In this document: positions 13,914 through 26,907 of the stretch, in pieces | Numbering within the stretch: the first letter of the stretch is position 1 | How the letters are laid out: every line of letters starts with the position of its first letter | NCBI RefSeq assembly: GCF_006345805.1 | Contig: NC_043010.1 | Location: 41,974,001-42,038,000 of the forward strand | Direction: 5' to 3' | Source of the DNA: Octopus sinensis | Lineage: Eukaryota | Length of the DNA stretch: 64,000 bases | Notes under the pieces: generated by a model | Database searches by the model: none | What the model saw: the letters and a program-made list of their open reading frames with translations, nothing else | Told to the model about the DNA's origin: nothing | Position numbers and translations under genes: made by a program

Positions 13914-14565
13914 AAGGTGGAGAGCTGGTGGAATCGTTAGCGCGCCGGGCAAAGTGCTTAGCGATATTTCGTCTGCCGCTACGTTCTGAGTTCAACGAGG
14001 TCGACTTTGCCTTTTATCCTTTCGTGGTTGATTAAATAAGTACCGGTTACCCACTGGGGTCGATATAATCGACTTAATCCGTTTGTCTGTCCTTGTTTGT
14101 CCTCTCTGTGTTTAGCTCCTTATGGGTAGTAAAGAAATAGGTATTTCATTTGTCTTCACGGTATCAGTTCAAATGGCGGAGCTGACAGAAACGTTAGCAC
14201 GCCGGGCGAAATGCTTAGCGGTATTTCGTCTGCCGTTACGTTGTGAGTTCAAATTCCGCCGAGGTCGACTTTGTCTTTCATCCTTTCGGGGTCGATAAAT
14301 TAAGTACCAGTAACGCACTGGGGTCGATGTAATCGACTTAATACCTATGTACGTCCTTGTTTGTCCCCTCTATCTTTAGCCCCTTGTGGGTAGTAAAGAA
14401 ATAGAAATAGGTATCAGTCCAAATTCTGTGGAGGTCGACTTTGCCTTTCATCATTTCGAGGTCGATAACATAAGTATCAGTCAAGTACTGGGGTTGATGT
14501 ATTCAACTTACGATTCCCCCGAAGTTGCTGGCCTGTGCCAAAATTCAAAATCATTATTACAATAT
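13914..14565 (+). mobile_element. Tandem cluster of three tRNA-SINEs (one full length at ~14173-14410)
   Basis: GGCGGAGCTGACAGAAACGTTAGC head, GAGTTCAAATTCC B box, GTCGACTTTGCCTTTCATCCTTTCGGGGTCGATAAA core, GGGTAGTAAAGAAATAG tail. Confidence 0.88.
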
Positions 14566-15439
14566 AAACATGTGCAAGTTACTTTAAGCTTTTAAGAGTA
14601 TATCATAACATGTTATGGTATACAAATTTCATGAAACACGGAAGTAAAACACATGGCCAACTAGTTCCATCCTTATTGTTTCTCTTATAATTTATTACTT
14701 AAAGATATATTTTATCCATTTTGCTATATGTTTTTATGGAAAAAGCATTAAAAGACGAAGTATAACTAAAAGGATTTTATTGATGAAATACAAGAGTAAG
14801 ATCTTCATAATCCCATCAAAATATTTCTAGCATATCGGTTTCTTCTTGAGAAGAAAATAAAATATAAATGATACAAGAGAAAATTTGCGTGAGAAAAATC
14901 TCTTCTGTTGGAACTGGCAACATATGTGTAATTGACCCAAAATATGAGAAACAAGCAGTGTTCGAACATAGCAGAAACATTAAGGCAACGTTTCGCTGAA
15001 ATTAACGATTTTGATATCTGCTAGCCCAAAACATTTACTTTTCATCTGCGACAGTCGTCAAAGCATATTTACTTTTACTCCTGTTATAAAGACAAATGGT
15101 TTTAAGTTTATTTGAAAGCATAGCCTTTCATCGTAAACTCCCTATTATCTGAAACAATATTTGGTTTATTAAATAAATTTCACGCATTGTTCAACCGATA
15201 AATAAATGATTCACACAAGAAATTTTTTGATCTTTAAAAATTAAGAAACTGCATTATAATACAATACAGCAGGTTGAGTGAAATGGTTTTTACGGATTTT
15301 AACATAATATTTGGCAACTTGTATCTCCATGTAAACATCATCAATTTAATACAACTTGTAATCCAATCGTTGCTGATTCTTTTTCTTTATTTTTATAAAT
15401 AACATTTAAATATCAATTGTCTGTTCTTAAAAAATTATA

Positions 15440-15675
15440 ATTAGACCCATTTTACGATTCATGTGGAAGAAGAAAACTGATTGCTAGAGCAACGTCAAAA
15501 CAAATTATAATGCGGAAGGTACAGGAACTGTCAACGAACGAGTAACACAAAATTGGTTCAGACATATGAAAGAAGGTGGCACCAGCTTGAAAGAAAAGTG
15601 AAGGTCAGGGAGACCTGATGATGAGGCATTGCTTAAAATGATTGAACAACAGTCAAGCGCACACATAGTCGGTAA
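15440..15675 (+). mobile_element. N-terminal HTH fragment of a different mariner, truncated at 15675
   Basis: GTVNERVTQNWFRHMKEGGTSL..K*RSGRP..DEALLKMIEQQ. Confidence 0.7.
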
Positions 15676-16900
15676 CTAGCTGAAATTTTGCATGTGCAAT
15701 CATTTATATCTCTATAGAGTAAGTGGCAAATTACAGCTCTGAATTAATTGTGGTTTCTGATTTACAGGTGTTTGAACCGAGTCAAGTGTGAAATGGAGCC
15801 TGTTGAGTGTCGAGCAGTGATCCGGTTTTTGTATTTGAAAGGACGCACACCACGGGAGACTTTTGATGAAATGAAAGTAACTTATGGTGATGATGCCCCA
15901 TCATATGACCTTGTAAAACGCTGGCATCGTGAATTCAAACATGGTCGGAACTCTGTGTAAACAGCTCCCAGATCTGGTCGCCCCTTCTGCCATTGATGAG
16001 GCATCTGTCCATCAAGTTGAGGCTGCCATTTTGGAAGATCGACGCATAATTATTCGCCAAATAGCCCATGAGGTCAAGATTAGTACCGGGTCTGTGGAAA
16101 CTATCATTCATGACCATTTGCATATGCAAAAGGTGTCTGCCAGATAGATTCCCAGGTTGCTCACACCTTTCCAGAAGCAAGAACGCGTCGAGTGCTCGAG
16201 GGTGAATTTGGAGATGTGCCAAGAAGATGAGTCAAAATTTTTCAAAAGACTGATTACACAGGATGAAACCTGGGTCCATCACGATGATCCAGAGACCAAA
16301 GCCCAGTCAATGCAGTGGAAGCACCGTGACTCACCCCCTCCAAAGAAGGCAAGGGTGCAGCCCTCCGCTGGCAAGGTCATGCTCACAGTCTTCTGGGACC
16401 AGGACGGAGTAGTGATGACAGATTTCCTAGCAAAGAGCTTATTATGCTTCACTTTTGAGGAAATTAAGAGAAGTTATAAAAATCAAGAGGCGGGGCAAAA
16501 TCAGCAAAGGCATCCTCCTCCTGCAGGACAACGCTCCGGTCCACAACTCGCTTGTCGCCAGATCAGAAGCACAGGCGTATGGCTATGAACTCCTCCCCCA
16601 TCCCCCTACTTTCCTGACCTTGCACCCTCTGATTTTCACCTCTTCCCAGTCATGAAGTTGTTTTTGAAAGGAAAGCGTTTCCCAGATGATGCAGCCTTGA
16701 TTTCTGAAGTCACGTTCAGGTTGGAGGACCAAGCTGGGGTCTTCTACAAAAACGGTCTCCAGAGCTGCATCAAACAATGGGAGAAATGCGTAACTCTGGG
16801 TGGTTCCTATGTAGAAAAAGACTAATAACTGTGCCAAGTTTCGTTGCTCTACTGCTATGGGAAGTGGGTCAGGGGCATTACTTATTGAATGCCCCTCGTA
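15676..16900 (+). mobile_element. Decayed mariner transposon lacking its left TIR
   Basis: MEPVECRAVIRFLYLKG, KVSAR*IPRLLT, RLITQDETWVHH, SAGKVMLTVFWD, LLQDNAPVH, YELLPHPP. Contains stops and frameshifts; right TIR ends CCCCTCGTA at 16900. Confidence 0.93.
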
Positions 16901-17445
16901 AATGGAAAGTTCAATGCGGAATAAGCTGTTTTCTCCTTGGAAAATATCAAAACAATCATAACAGATGACGCACTGGCTATTGAAGTGTTTCCAACTTTAC
17001 AGATACATGTTATTATATAGGAGTACATTCCAGGAGTCAACCAGCCCATCAGTAAACAAAGCTTTGAATGATTTGCATTCTTCATAGTTAATAGCTTGTT
17101 TGCTAGCATGAATTGCTGGTTTTATTATTTGGGAAGCAATTAGTTGATCAATATTTAATTTGTACACAGTCTAAAAAAGAACAAAAAAAAAAATATCTTA
17201 CTCGTTCATCTGTGCATTTCAAGCTTTAAAGCCAAATAGCTTGCTCGAAGGTTCTGAATACTTTCACTTACGGTTATAAAACGTTGGCTAATTTATTCTC
17301 AGACTCAAGCCATACGGTAGTTCACACAGCCATGTCACTTTGCTCACTGAGTTGGTCTCTTTCTTTCACTTTTTCTTACTTATCATGCTTATTGTATCGA
17401 CCTTGATTTGTAGTGTCGATTAATGCACATATTACGTACATGAGT

Positions 17446-17738
17446 GGAGGCACATAGCCTAGTGGTTAGAGCAGCGGACTCGCGGGCGAGGGATCGCCGG
17501 TTCAAATCTCAGACCAGGCGATGTTTATGAGCGAAACACCTAAACTCCACGTGGCCCCGGCAGAAGGTAATGGCGAGCTTCTGCTGACTCTTTCGCCACA
17601 ACTTTCTCTCACTCTTTCCTCCTGCATCTTGAAGCTCACTTGCGACGGACCGGCGTCCCGTCCAAGAGGGGAACCTATACGCCAAGAAACCGGGAAACCG
17701 GCCCTTATGAGCCAGGCATGGCTCGAGAAGGAACAAAC
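17446..17738 (+). mobile_element. tRNA-derived SINE with Deu/Nin-like motif (second copy)
   Basis: Aligns along its whole length with 8723-9030. Confidence 0.82.
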
Positions 17739-18879
17739 ATTACATACATGCAATGGTTCTAACTCATTCTGACTATTTCGTCTTTAATAACTATGAATTA
17801 CTTTCATAATATGGTCTACCATATTCTATTAAAGAAGATTCCTAACTGTTATGTTCGTTATCGCTTGAACGTTGTTTCATTATGGCAAATATATCTACAT
17901 ATATAAATATGAAGGATGCGGATTAACAAAAATGTATTTAAAAAAATCAAATTGATATTCCTGTCATCGCTATTGCCTTTAAATACAGCCTTCCTAATAT
18001 TGTGAACTATCGACGACGGATTGCTGGTCAAATCTTGCACTGAAAAGGGTTTCTGAAAATCTGTGTTTCCATCATTACGACAAGAATATTTTGCTCAAAG
18101 ATACCACCTTATTTTACAGTTTCCACTGTATGCAATGCTACGAGACAGCCTAATGGCTGAAATAAGCGAACAGATTCCGGTTTTACACCAAACCAAAATA
18201 TCTTCGTCGAAACTCCAGTTGCTTTGCTGAACTATCAAGTTACTGTTTATACAGTTCTCCCCCCCTCTCTCTTTCTCTCTCTCTCTCTCTCTACCTGTTT
18301 CACGCGCGCACGTGCACACACACACATACATACAGACACACACACGCACGTGTGCATGTGTACGCATATATATATATTTCTATAACTGTATGTGTGTGTG
18401 TGTGTGTGGTAATGTGTTTCCGTGTTTTTTCTTCCTCTCTCTTCATATATATGTGTGTGTGTTTCTGCGCGTGGGTGTGTGTGTGTGTATGCATGTGTGC
18501 TCACGTGTGTCTTTGTTTTTCTATATGTAATCCATTTTACACATTCGTGAAATAGCTTCTATTATCAAGTTCTTTGTGTCTCCTATATCAATACTGTAAT
18601 ACCTATATGCAGACATTTGTATTTTAGTCATATAGTAGAATATGTTGTACCTATCACAAAACCCAACTATTTATTGCTTCAGTGATCCAATCATATTGAA
18701 TGACTGTAGACATTATTTGCTTTTTGTTTGTTTGACTTTTATCAGCAGGTCAATTCACCGACAATTTTGTTCTCTACTTTGTTTCTTTTCTAAGTCTCAA
18801 AATAGTATTGATACTCATGCTTATTATTTGCTTTTTGTTTAGTTCTTCAGCTGACATAAATTTCTGAATAGTTTGCTAC

Positions 18880-18928
<49 letters not shown>

Positions 18929-19093
18929 TACTTATTATTATTATTGTTGTTGTTGTTGTTATTGTTGTTATTATTATTATTATTATTATTATCATCATCA
19001 TCATCATCATCATCGTCATCATCATCGTCATCATCGTCATCATCATCATCATCATCGTCATCATCGTCATCATCATCATCATCATCATTATTA

Positions 19094-19141
<48 letters not shown>

Positions 19142-19146
19142 CTATT
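18880..19146. repeat. Compound (ATT/GTT/ATC)n microsatellite
   Basis: Direct reading. Confidence 0.95.
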
Positions 19147-19678
19147 GAGTGAGAGAGCAGTGCTTGCCATCAAAGTGACACTGGGGTAAAATATATGTAG
19201 CCCAGTATACCCATCATGATTACCCGCCCGATAAGGGTACACCAGGAACATGCATCGCAACCATATGTGCACGACATAGTGATATCAAGATAAAAAGCGC
19301 ATGACCTTGCAGGTGGGGCCCAGCTAGAATTTTCTTCGCATTGAATAGCCCATTCCGCTCAAAAGGTCACTGAATGAGGTTTGTTTAAAGATGATGAACA
19401 AAACATCCCTATTTCCAGAGGTGAATTATTCAAACCCCAAACAGTTCCTCTGAACACATGGCTATGATGCTCCCCCACTACTTCTGCTCATATTGTCAGT
19501 CACTAAGGGACATGCTCAAATGGTTAAGGTCAAACAACTGACCCGCAAATCTGTGGTATTGAGCAGAATATTTACTGTAGCCCATCTTTTGTACCAAGAC
19601 AAAACAATGTACATGATAACACATCCAATCAGTTAAGATCAAAGCCATGAGAGCCATTACCTGGTACTGCTTCAGGGC

Positions 19679-19682
<4 letters not shown>
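19147..19682 (-). mobile_element. ~535-bp non-coding retroposon embedded in (AAT)n, copy 1
   Basis: Homologous to 56807-57383 and 58561-58863, with ATT repeats on both flanks. Confidence 0.8.
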
Positions 19683-19741
<59 letters not shown>

Positions 19742-19765
19742 CATTATTATTATTATTATTATTAG

Positions 19766-19995
19766 CGTTAAGGTAGCGAGCTGGCAGAATCGTTAGCGCA
19801 CCGGACAAAATGCTTAGCGGCATTTCGTCCTTCTGTACATTATGAGCTCAAATGCCGCCCAGGTCAACTTTGCGTTTCTTCTTTTCGAGGTTTGATAAAA
19901 TAAGTACCGTTTGAGTGCTGGGTCGATGCAATCGACTAGCCTTCCTCCCCCAAAATGACTGGCCTTGTGCTAAAATAATTTCAAATCATTATTAT
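19766..19995 (+). mobile_element. tRNA-SINE with CCCCAAAA..GCCTTGTG/(ATT) tail
   Basis: GCGAGCTGGCAGAATCGTTAGC head and the family core. Confidence 0.8.
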
Positions 19996-21160
19996 TAAAA
20001 AAATCAAAAACAAAACTAATATTTTTCAAAAAAGTATCTAATGTTAATTTTAAATGCTTAAGAAAAGTATTTCTCATTCGAATATGAAATTAAGCAACGT
20101 GGAGTATTATTGATTTGCTAAACTAATTAAAAGTTTGGGGACTGCTGATTTATAAACGTGCATTCCTTGATTTGAAATTGTCCAAATTAAGCGAAATTGA
20201 AGATGTTATCTGAACTTCGTCTTGACGTACGTCATTCAGTAAATCACCACTCAGTTGAATTCTTAAACGCCTCTGACAAAATGGGAAGAATTGTTACATT
20301 TTAGATAAAAGTTGGGACAATGGCCTTAGAGCCGAATATAAAACAATAATTTGCCTACCTTATCCTCTTTCAACAATCGTTAGGCCACTGAAATATGATC
20401 ATATCACAGATACATAACATAATCTCAACTGCCAATGCTGGATTTAGCCAAGCTGCAACTCAGCTTAAGTTTAAAGTGAACGGAGGAGACACTGTACAGT
20501 CGTTTGACCAGTTACAAATAACGGCCAAATTTCCTTCAAATCACATTCTACAATGCAAAGATAAAATGGATTATGTAATTCCTGATCTTTGAAAAAATGG
20601 GACGAATTTGATCATAGATTAGCTCAATCAGGAATTACCTGGGTTAAAACGATACAACATGAACTAACGGATGTATAAAAATTCTTCCACATATTGTCGG
20701 CCTTCTGAAGTTCCACTGAAAACTATATGTTTAAAATATTTTCTCATGAGTTCGCATTCCTGCCATACTCATCGTGCCTTAATGCATTTAGTACCGCATT
20801 ATTCAGGAATATTCTTCTTTTTTAGATGACATGCTTATTTTTACTGATATTTATAACATATTGCATTAAATACAAATTTAGGTTTAGCGTAGTTAGTGCA
20901 TTCTTCGATTTTACTCCTCTTAACTTTTAAGAAGTCTTGCAAAGATAGGTTTTTGAAAGTGATAATTGCGAGGATATTGATAAATTTTCCTAGGTCTATA
21001 TGTAACTACGTCATATATATGTACTTCCGGTCAGCATGTCTGAATAGTCGTCAATAATGTCAGATGTAGAATATGCACTAAGCCGATGGTAACATTCTGA
21101 ACAGTTATGTGCTATAATGATATAAAATGTAAAGGCTGCTTAATGATATAAAAATGTAAA

Positions 21161-21557
21161 GGCCTAGGAGTGGCTGTGTAATACGAAGCTTGCTTCCCAA
21201 CCACATGGTCCCGGGTTCAGTTCCACTGCGTGGCACCTTGGGCAAGTGTCTTCTACTATAGCCTTGGGCCGACCAAAGCTTTGTTATTGGATTTGGTAGA
21301 CGGAAACTGGAAACCCGCCGTGTATATGTATGTATGTATGTATAATGTATGTATGTATGCATGTATTTGTGTGTCTGTGTTTGTCCCCCACCATCGCTTG
21401 ACAACCGGTGCTGGTGTGTTTACGTCCCTGTAACTTAGCGGTTCTTTTGCAGAACTAGGCTTAGAAGGAAAAAGTCCTGGGGCTCATTTATTCAACTGAA
21501 GGCAGTGTGCCAGCATGGCCACAGTTAAATGACTGAAGCAAATAAAAGAATAAAAGA
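21161..21557 (+). mobile_element. CORE-like tRNA SINE with internal (TATG/TG) microsatellite
   Basis: AGGAGTGGCTGTG..GGTTCAGTTCCACTG head, GTGGCACCTTGGGCAAGTGTCTTCTAC core (CORE/MIR-like ACCTTGGGCAAGT), AATAAAAG tail. Confidence 0.8.
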
Positions 21558-21736
21558 GATCAATTTCACTCCACGAGTATGGTTTTCTTTCCTTTCCGAC
21601 TTAGGGACAACTAATTGATATATGCGCGTGTGTGTGTGTAATATACATACATATATATATATATATACATATGTGTGTGTGTGTGTAAGTGTGTATGTAT
21701 GCATGTATGTATGTATGCGTGTATATATATATACAG

Positions 21737-22356
<620 letters not shown>

Positions 22357-22599
22357 TAAATAACTTATATATAACTCTGAAATTGGGACCAATACGGTAT
22401 TAACGGAATTTTTTAGAAATTTCTATCGGCTTGCTTCGAGACGCATAATTATAATGGTTGTTGACAATTTGTCTATTTTCGGCATATTTGGCATTAGAAT
22501 TTTTCTTTTAAATTTAACCTTTAAAGGTATTTTTTAATATGCTGGCCATTGATAAAATTTTTTTCGAAAAAATTTTATCCCATATTAGATGTATATACA

Positions 22600-22684
<85 letters not shown>

Positions 22685-22703
22685 TATATATAATATATAT
22701 ATA

Positions 22704-22746
<43 letters not shown>

Positions 22747-23905
22747 TATAAACACATATTTTTATGTATATGTGGGTGAGTGTGATATACATTATTTCTG
22801 TATTATTGTTTAAAATATGAAATCCCAAATTCTTAAATACACTGGAATTCTGAAAATGTTACTTCAAATACAACACGGAAACTTTCTACTATAGACAAAT
22901 GTTCACTATGCATTTATGTTTCCATTTCTTATTAGGTATATCATTTGGCATCATCATCATCATCATCACCATCAGTAGCAGCAACAGTACCCTTTAGATC
23001 CGTTTTTCTATGTTAGTTTGGTTTAGGACATAACTCGATGCTTGCGCACATCTACAGAGAAAACAAGACTTTGTTTTTTATATTTCTGTGTCGGTTTCAG
23101 TTTTTTTTTTGTTGTTGTCAAAATTTAGTTCCGGTTGAATTGCATCGTGTAATAAGAGTTTGTCAAAAGAAGTCGCCTCATGTTTAACCAGTCAATAACA
23201 TCTATGTGATCGATGCAGAAAAATGAAAAGAAAAAAAGAATATCATGATATTATATTTTGCCTATTACATTACAGATCAATTCTATTTAGTCATGAAAGT
23301 AATATCGAACTAGCCTACTATAATACATATCGAAATTTTTCTGGATGATATCCTGCAATCTGATTTATTCCTCTTATCTAACATCACTCTTATATAGTGC
23401 ATCGATCATGTGCAAATTATTAAATTAATGCATGGTTAAAAAACGGTTATGAATTTCTTTTCTGTGTGAATCATAATGCGTATGTGTGTGTGTGTGTGTG
23501 TTTGATGTATTTGTAAGTATAAGTATTCAGTAATATGGCAACATATAAGATGGGACGGTCTCCCCCTTTCTATCTCCACATGATAACATTTGTAGCATTA
23601 ATTTTCACTTTTCACAAAATAGATTCTACATACGCCTGCAGCTATAAAATGGGATGCACCTTAAATGTATGTAAATGAGTTTGAATGGTTGCAGCAAAAG
23701 CACAGCAGTAAAGGGAGAGAAGTGTAATTGAATCAGAGAATAAGAATTCCGCAAAGTATGGCAGACTGACCATGATGCAGCAAACAGCAGAGAAGTTTCG
23801 AATTGCATCGGAAGGCTCCATCATTAAATAGTTTGTACTAGTTACTAGTTTACATGATAAACATTATCAGATTTTTATGCATATATATATATGTATGCAT
23901 ATATA

Positions 23906-23974
<69 letters not shown>

Positions 23975-23996
23975 TAAATTTAAACGCAAGAGAAGC

Positions 23997-24341
23997 GACC
24001 TTTAACAGGCAGCTTAACACGATAGAAGAAGCAGTCAAAACGACCAAACCACATTTAAGGGCAATTTCGATGAAAAATAAAAGCTTTTACCTTGTTATTT
24101 TTTTACAGTCATACTTAGGTTTCGAATTTTATTTAGCAAATAAAATAATTTGCTAGGCGAAATTCTCATCAGTGACCGCGCCATAACATTAACATATAAT
24201 TTAGAGACAAATAATATGTAAAATTCGAAACCTAGGTATGACTGTAAAAAATAACAAGATAAAAGTTTTTATTTGCCCTTAAATGTGGTTTTGGTCGTTT
24301 TGACTGCTTCTTCTAGCGTGTAAAGCTTCCTGTTAAAGATC
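23997..24341. repeat. Fold-back with ~125-135-bp inverted arms, probably a Penelope-like terminal repeat
   Basis: 23997-24131 is the reverse complement of 24220-24341 apart from a few mismatches and one short indel. Confidence 0.85.
24106..24178 (-). ncRNA. Type I hammerhead ribozyme motif (core intact)
   Basis: Minus strand reads CGGTCA-CTGATGA-GAATTT..AAATTC-GAAA-CCTAAG-TA-TGACTG. Stem I 6 bp, stem II 6 bp plus TAGCAAAT/ATTTGCTA, short stem III, GUA site. Confidence 0.8.
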
Positions 24342-24572
24342 TCGGAAATATGATATTGTCTGTATCTAAATATGTCGATACGACAGAAAAAATTGTCGAC
24401 TTTGTAAGGTGAATTCTACAATTAAAGCCGTGAATTTCACTATACGTGTTTTCGTTGTCTAATACTCCAATTTCCTCGAAACGCTCCTTAATGATATTTG
24501 GATCTACTTGTCATACATGAGGAATTACCTTGTATGTGTTTTCTTTTTGCTTCTATTGCAATAAGCAAGCTA

Positions 24573-24605
<33 letters not shown>

Positions 24606-24635
24606 CAATGTGTGTAGTGGCTAACGATCTATCAT

Positions 24636-24675
<40 letters not shown>

Positions 24676-25420
24676 TTTGTTTAGGAAGATTTTTTATGTG
24701 AAATCAAGAGTTGGAAGAAATGTTATTGCATGCAACTGAAATAGCATTTAATTAAAATAGCCATTTGCGTATCATACTTATCGTATATAGATTAGTTTAT
24801 ATACATCACGATATATTGACATCTACATTAATATAATGCTGCTTCTATTGCTTACACTAAACTTTTATTCAGCCCAGAAAGTTTGAGCAATATAAGTGAA
24901 TGTTTTATTGACTGTTTCATATGTATTAGATGGTAAACGCTCCTCTATACGTGCGACTAGTGAATTAATGTCGTTAAAAAGGTCCAAGAAGGTCGAAATG
25001 CGAAATGCTTGGACGCTGTTTCGCTCCGTTATAAATCTTGTATGAGTGCTTTTTCTTGTTCTTGTTTTAACATAGATTCTCTATCAGGCAAAATACATAG
25101 AATCATTCATTTCAATGATATATATACGATAACGTTGATACATAGACGTCGTTGTATCTTGAGCTAGATATTTTGCCGAGAAGAAACACACACACACACA
25201 GGTTCTATTTCGCATTTTATTCTTATTAGTCAACTTATCAAGACATCGATTGCTTAATTAATCTTTGATTTGTAAATGAATTTGTAATAGTTCTTACCTC
25301 ACCATCCGAAACCTTGCCAATTACGTGCAACTCGCTTATAGCAGCTAGAAACCTAAACCAAGGCATATAATCACTAAATAAATCACTTAAATATAATCAC
25401 TAAATCGCCTAAATTTTAAA

Positions 25421-25640
25421 GCGGTGAGCTGGCAGAAACATTAGCACGCCGGGCGAGATGCTTAGCGGTATTTCGTTTACCGTTACGTTCTGAGTCCAAA
25501 TTCCGCCGAGGTCGACTTTGCCTTTCATCCTTTGGGGGTCGATAAATAAAGTGCCAGTTTCGCACTGGGGTCGATGTAATCGACCTAATCCCTTTGTTTG
25601 TCCACTCTATGTTTAGCCCCTTGTAGGGAAGTAAAGAAAT
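25421..25640 (+). mobile_element. Full-length tRNA-SINE, with an ATATAATCACTAAAT direct repeat near both flanks
   Basis: GCGGTGAGCTGGCAGAAAC head, family core, AGTAAAGAAAT tail. Confidence 0.85.
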
Positions 25641-25874
25641 ATATAATCACTAAATAGTAACATGCCATGGAATAGGCAACAAGCATACACATGCTGAAAT
25701 GTCATCCATCTGCCCCACAACAAGGACATAATCATTACGTAGAAGCAGTTTACAAACAATCATAACCTATAAAGCAACACTATCACGAGTTGGACAGACC
25801 AGAAACCACGTCAGCACTTGGTGGAACATTTGGAGGCAGATACATCACGCATCACACTTACACACTTACACACA

Positions 25875-25905
<31 letters not shown>

Positions 25906-26622
25906 CACTCCAAAAGTTGTACTAAAGAAATGCTACACTCGTGTTAAAATATATTTGATAGCTTTTATTCACTCTCTTACTCAATCTCTCTTACTTTCTC
26001 TCTTTACACTTCCTCTCTCTGTCTCCCTTTCTCTCCCTTACATTCTCTCCCTTGCTCTCCCTTGCTCTCCCTCTGTTCATCATTTTATCTTTTGCAATTC
26101 CATTAAGAGAATAATTATTTTCAGCACTGTCAACGAACTAAATTTTCAACGAGTCTTCTTTTGCATATTCCAAAACATAGCTTCCATTATCAAAACCTTC
26201 AAAAACTGACACAGTTAAATTAAAATTCCATCAAACGCAATAAAAAAAAAGCGAAATATACAAGCACATACACAGACATATACACAGACATATACACATG
26301 CGTACACACACACACACGCACGAGTGCGCGCGCGCACGCACATACACGTGTTCATATACGTGCACCAAAATTTTGAGCTCTTAAAGATAATTAGAAGGTC
26401 ACAAATCACGCATCAATATAACCTCCCACAATGTACCCAGCTGCCTTTAAATACATAAACCAATATATCAACATCACCCAAATATATATGCATCTCCATA
26501 TTTCTATATGCCTATGTCTCTACATATACGTATAATCCAGTCCGTTGGTGTATTTATTCCTACATCTGAAATGATTTATCTATGAAGAAATATATAGATA
26601 TAGATATATTATCTTCATAATT

Positions 26623-26669
<47 letters not shown>

Positions 26670-26672
<3 letters not shown>

Positions 26673-26830
26673 CTCCGTCTTCCCTTCTTTGGATCTTTCC
26701 TTTTCTTATGTTTCTGACGAAGAGCTCCGCTCGAAACGTTAAACCCTCCGTCTTTCCTGAGCGTCCAATAACACTATACTTGTTCCACGTTGTTGTGTTT
26801 TCTCTTTGTGTTTTCTTATTTGGATTAACT
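26670..26830 (+). mobile_element. Penelope-like terminal repeat fragment
   Basis: Pyrimidine-rich repeat carrying a minimal HHR; homologous to 42770-42990 (minus) and related to 49490-49697. Confidence 0.6.
26710..26744 (+). ncRNA. Minimal type I hammerhead ribozyme motif
   Basis: GTTT-CTGACGA-A-GAG(CTCCG)CTC-GAAA-CG-TT-AAAC. Stem I GTTT/AAAC, palindromic ACGT stem III, GUU site. Confidence 0.72.
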
Positions 26831-26907
26831 TATATATATTCCTAAGTTATAATTCTCACTTCACCATTTTCGAAATAATTCGATGTTTCCTATGGTGTGC
26901 TCTATGA

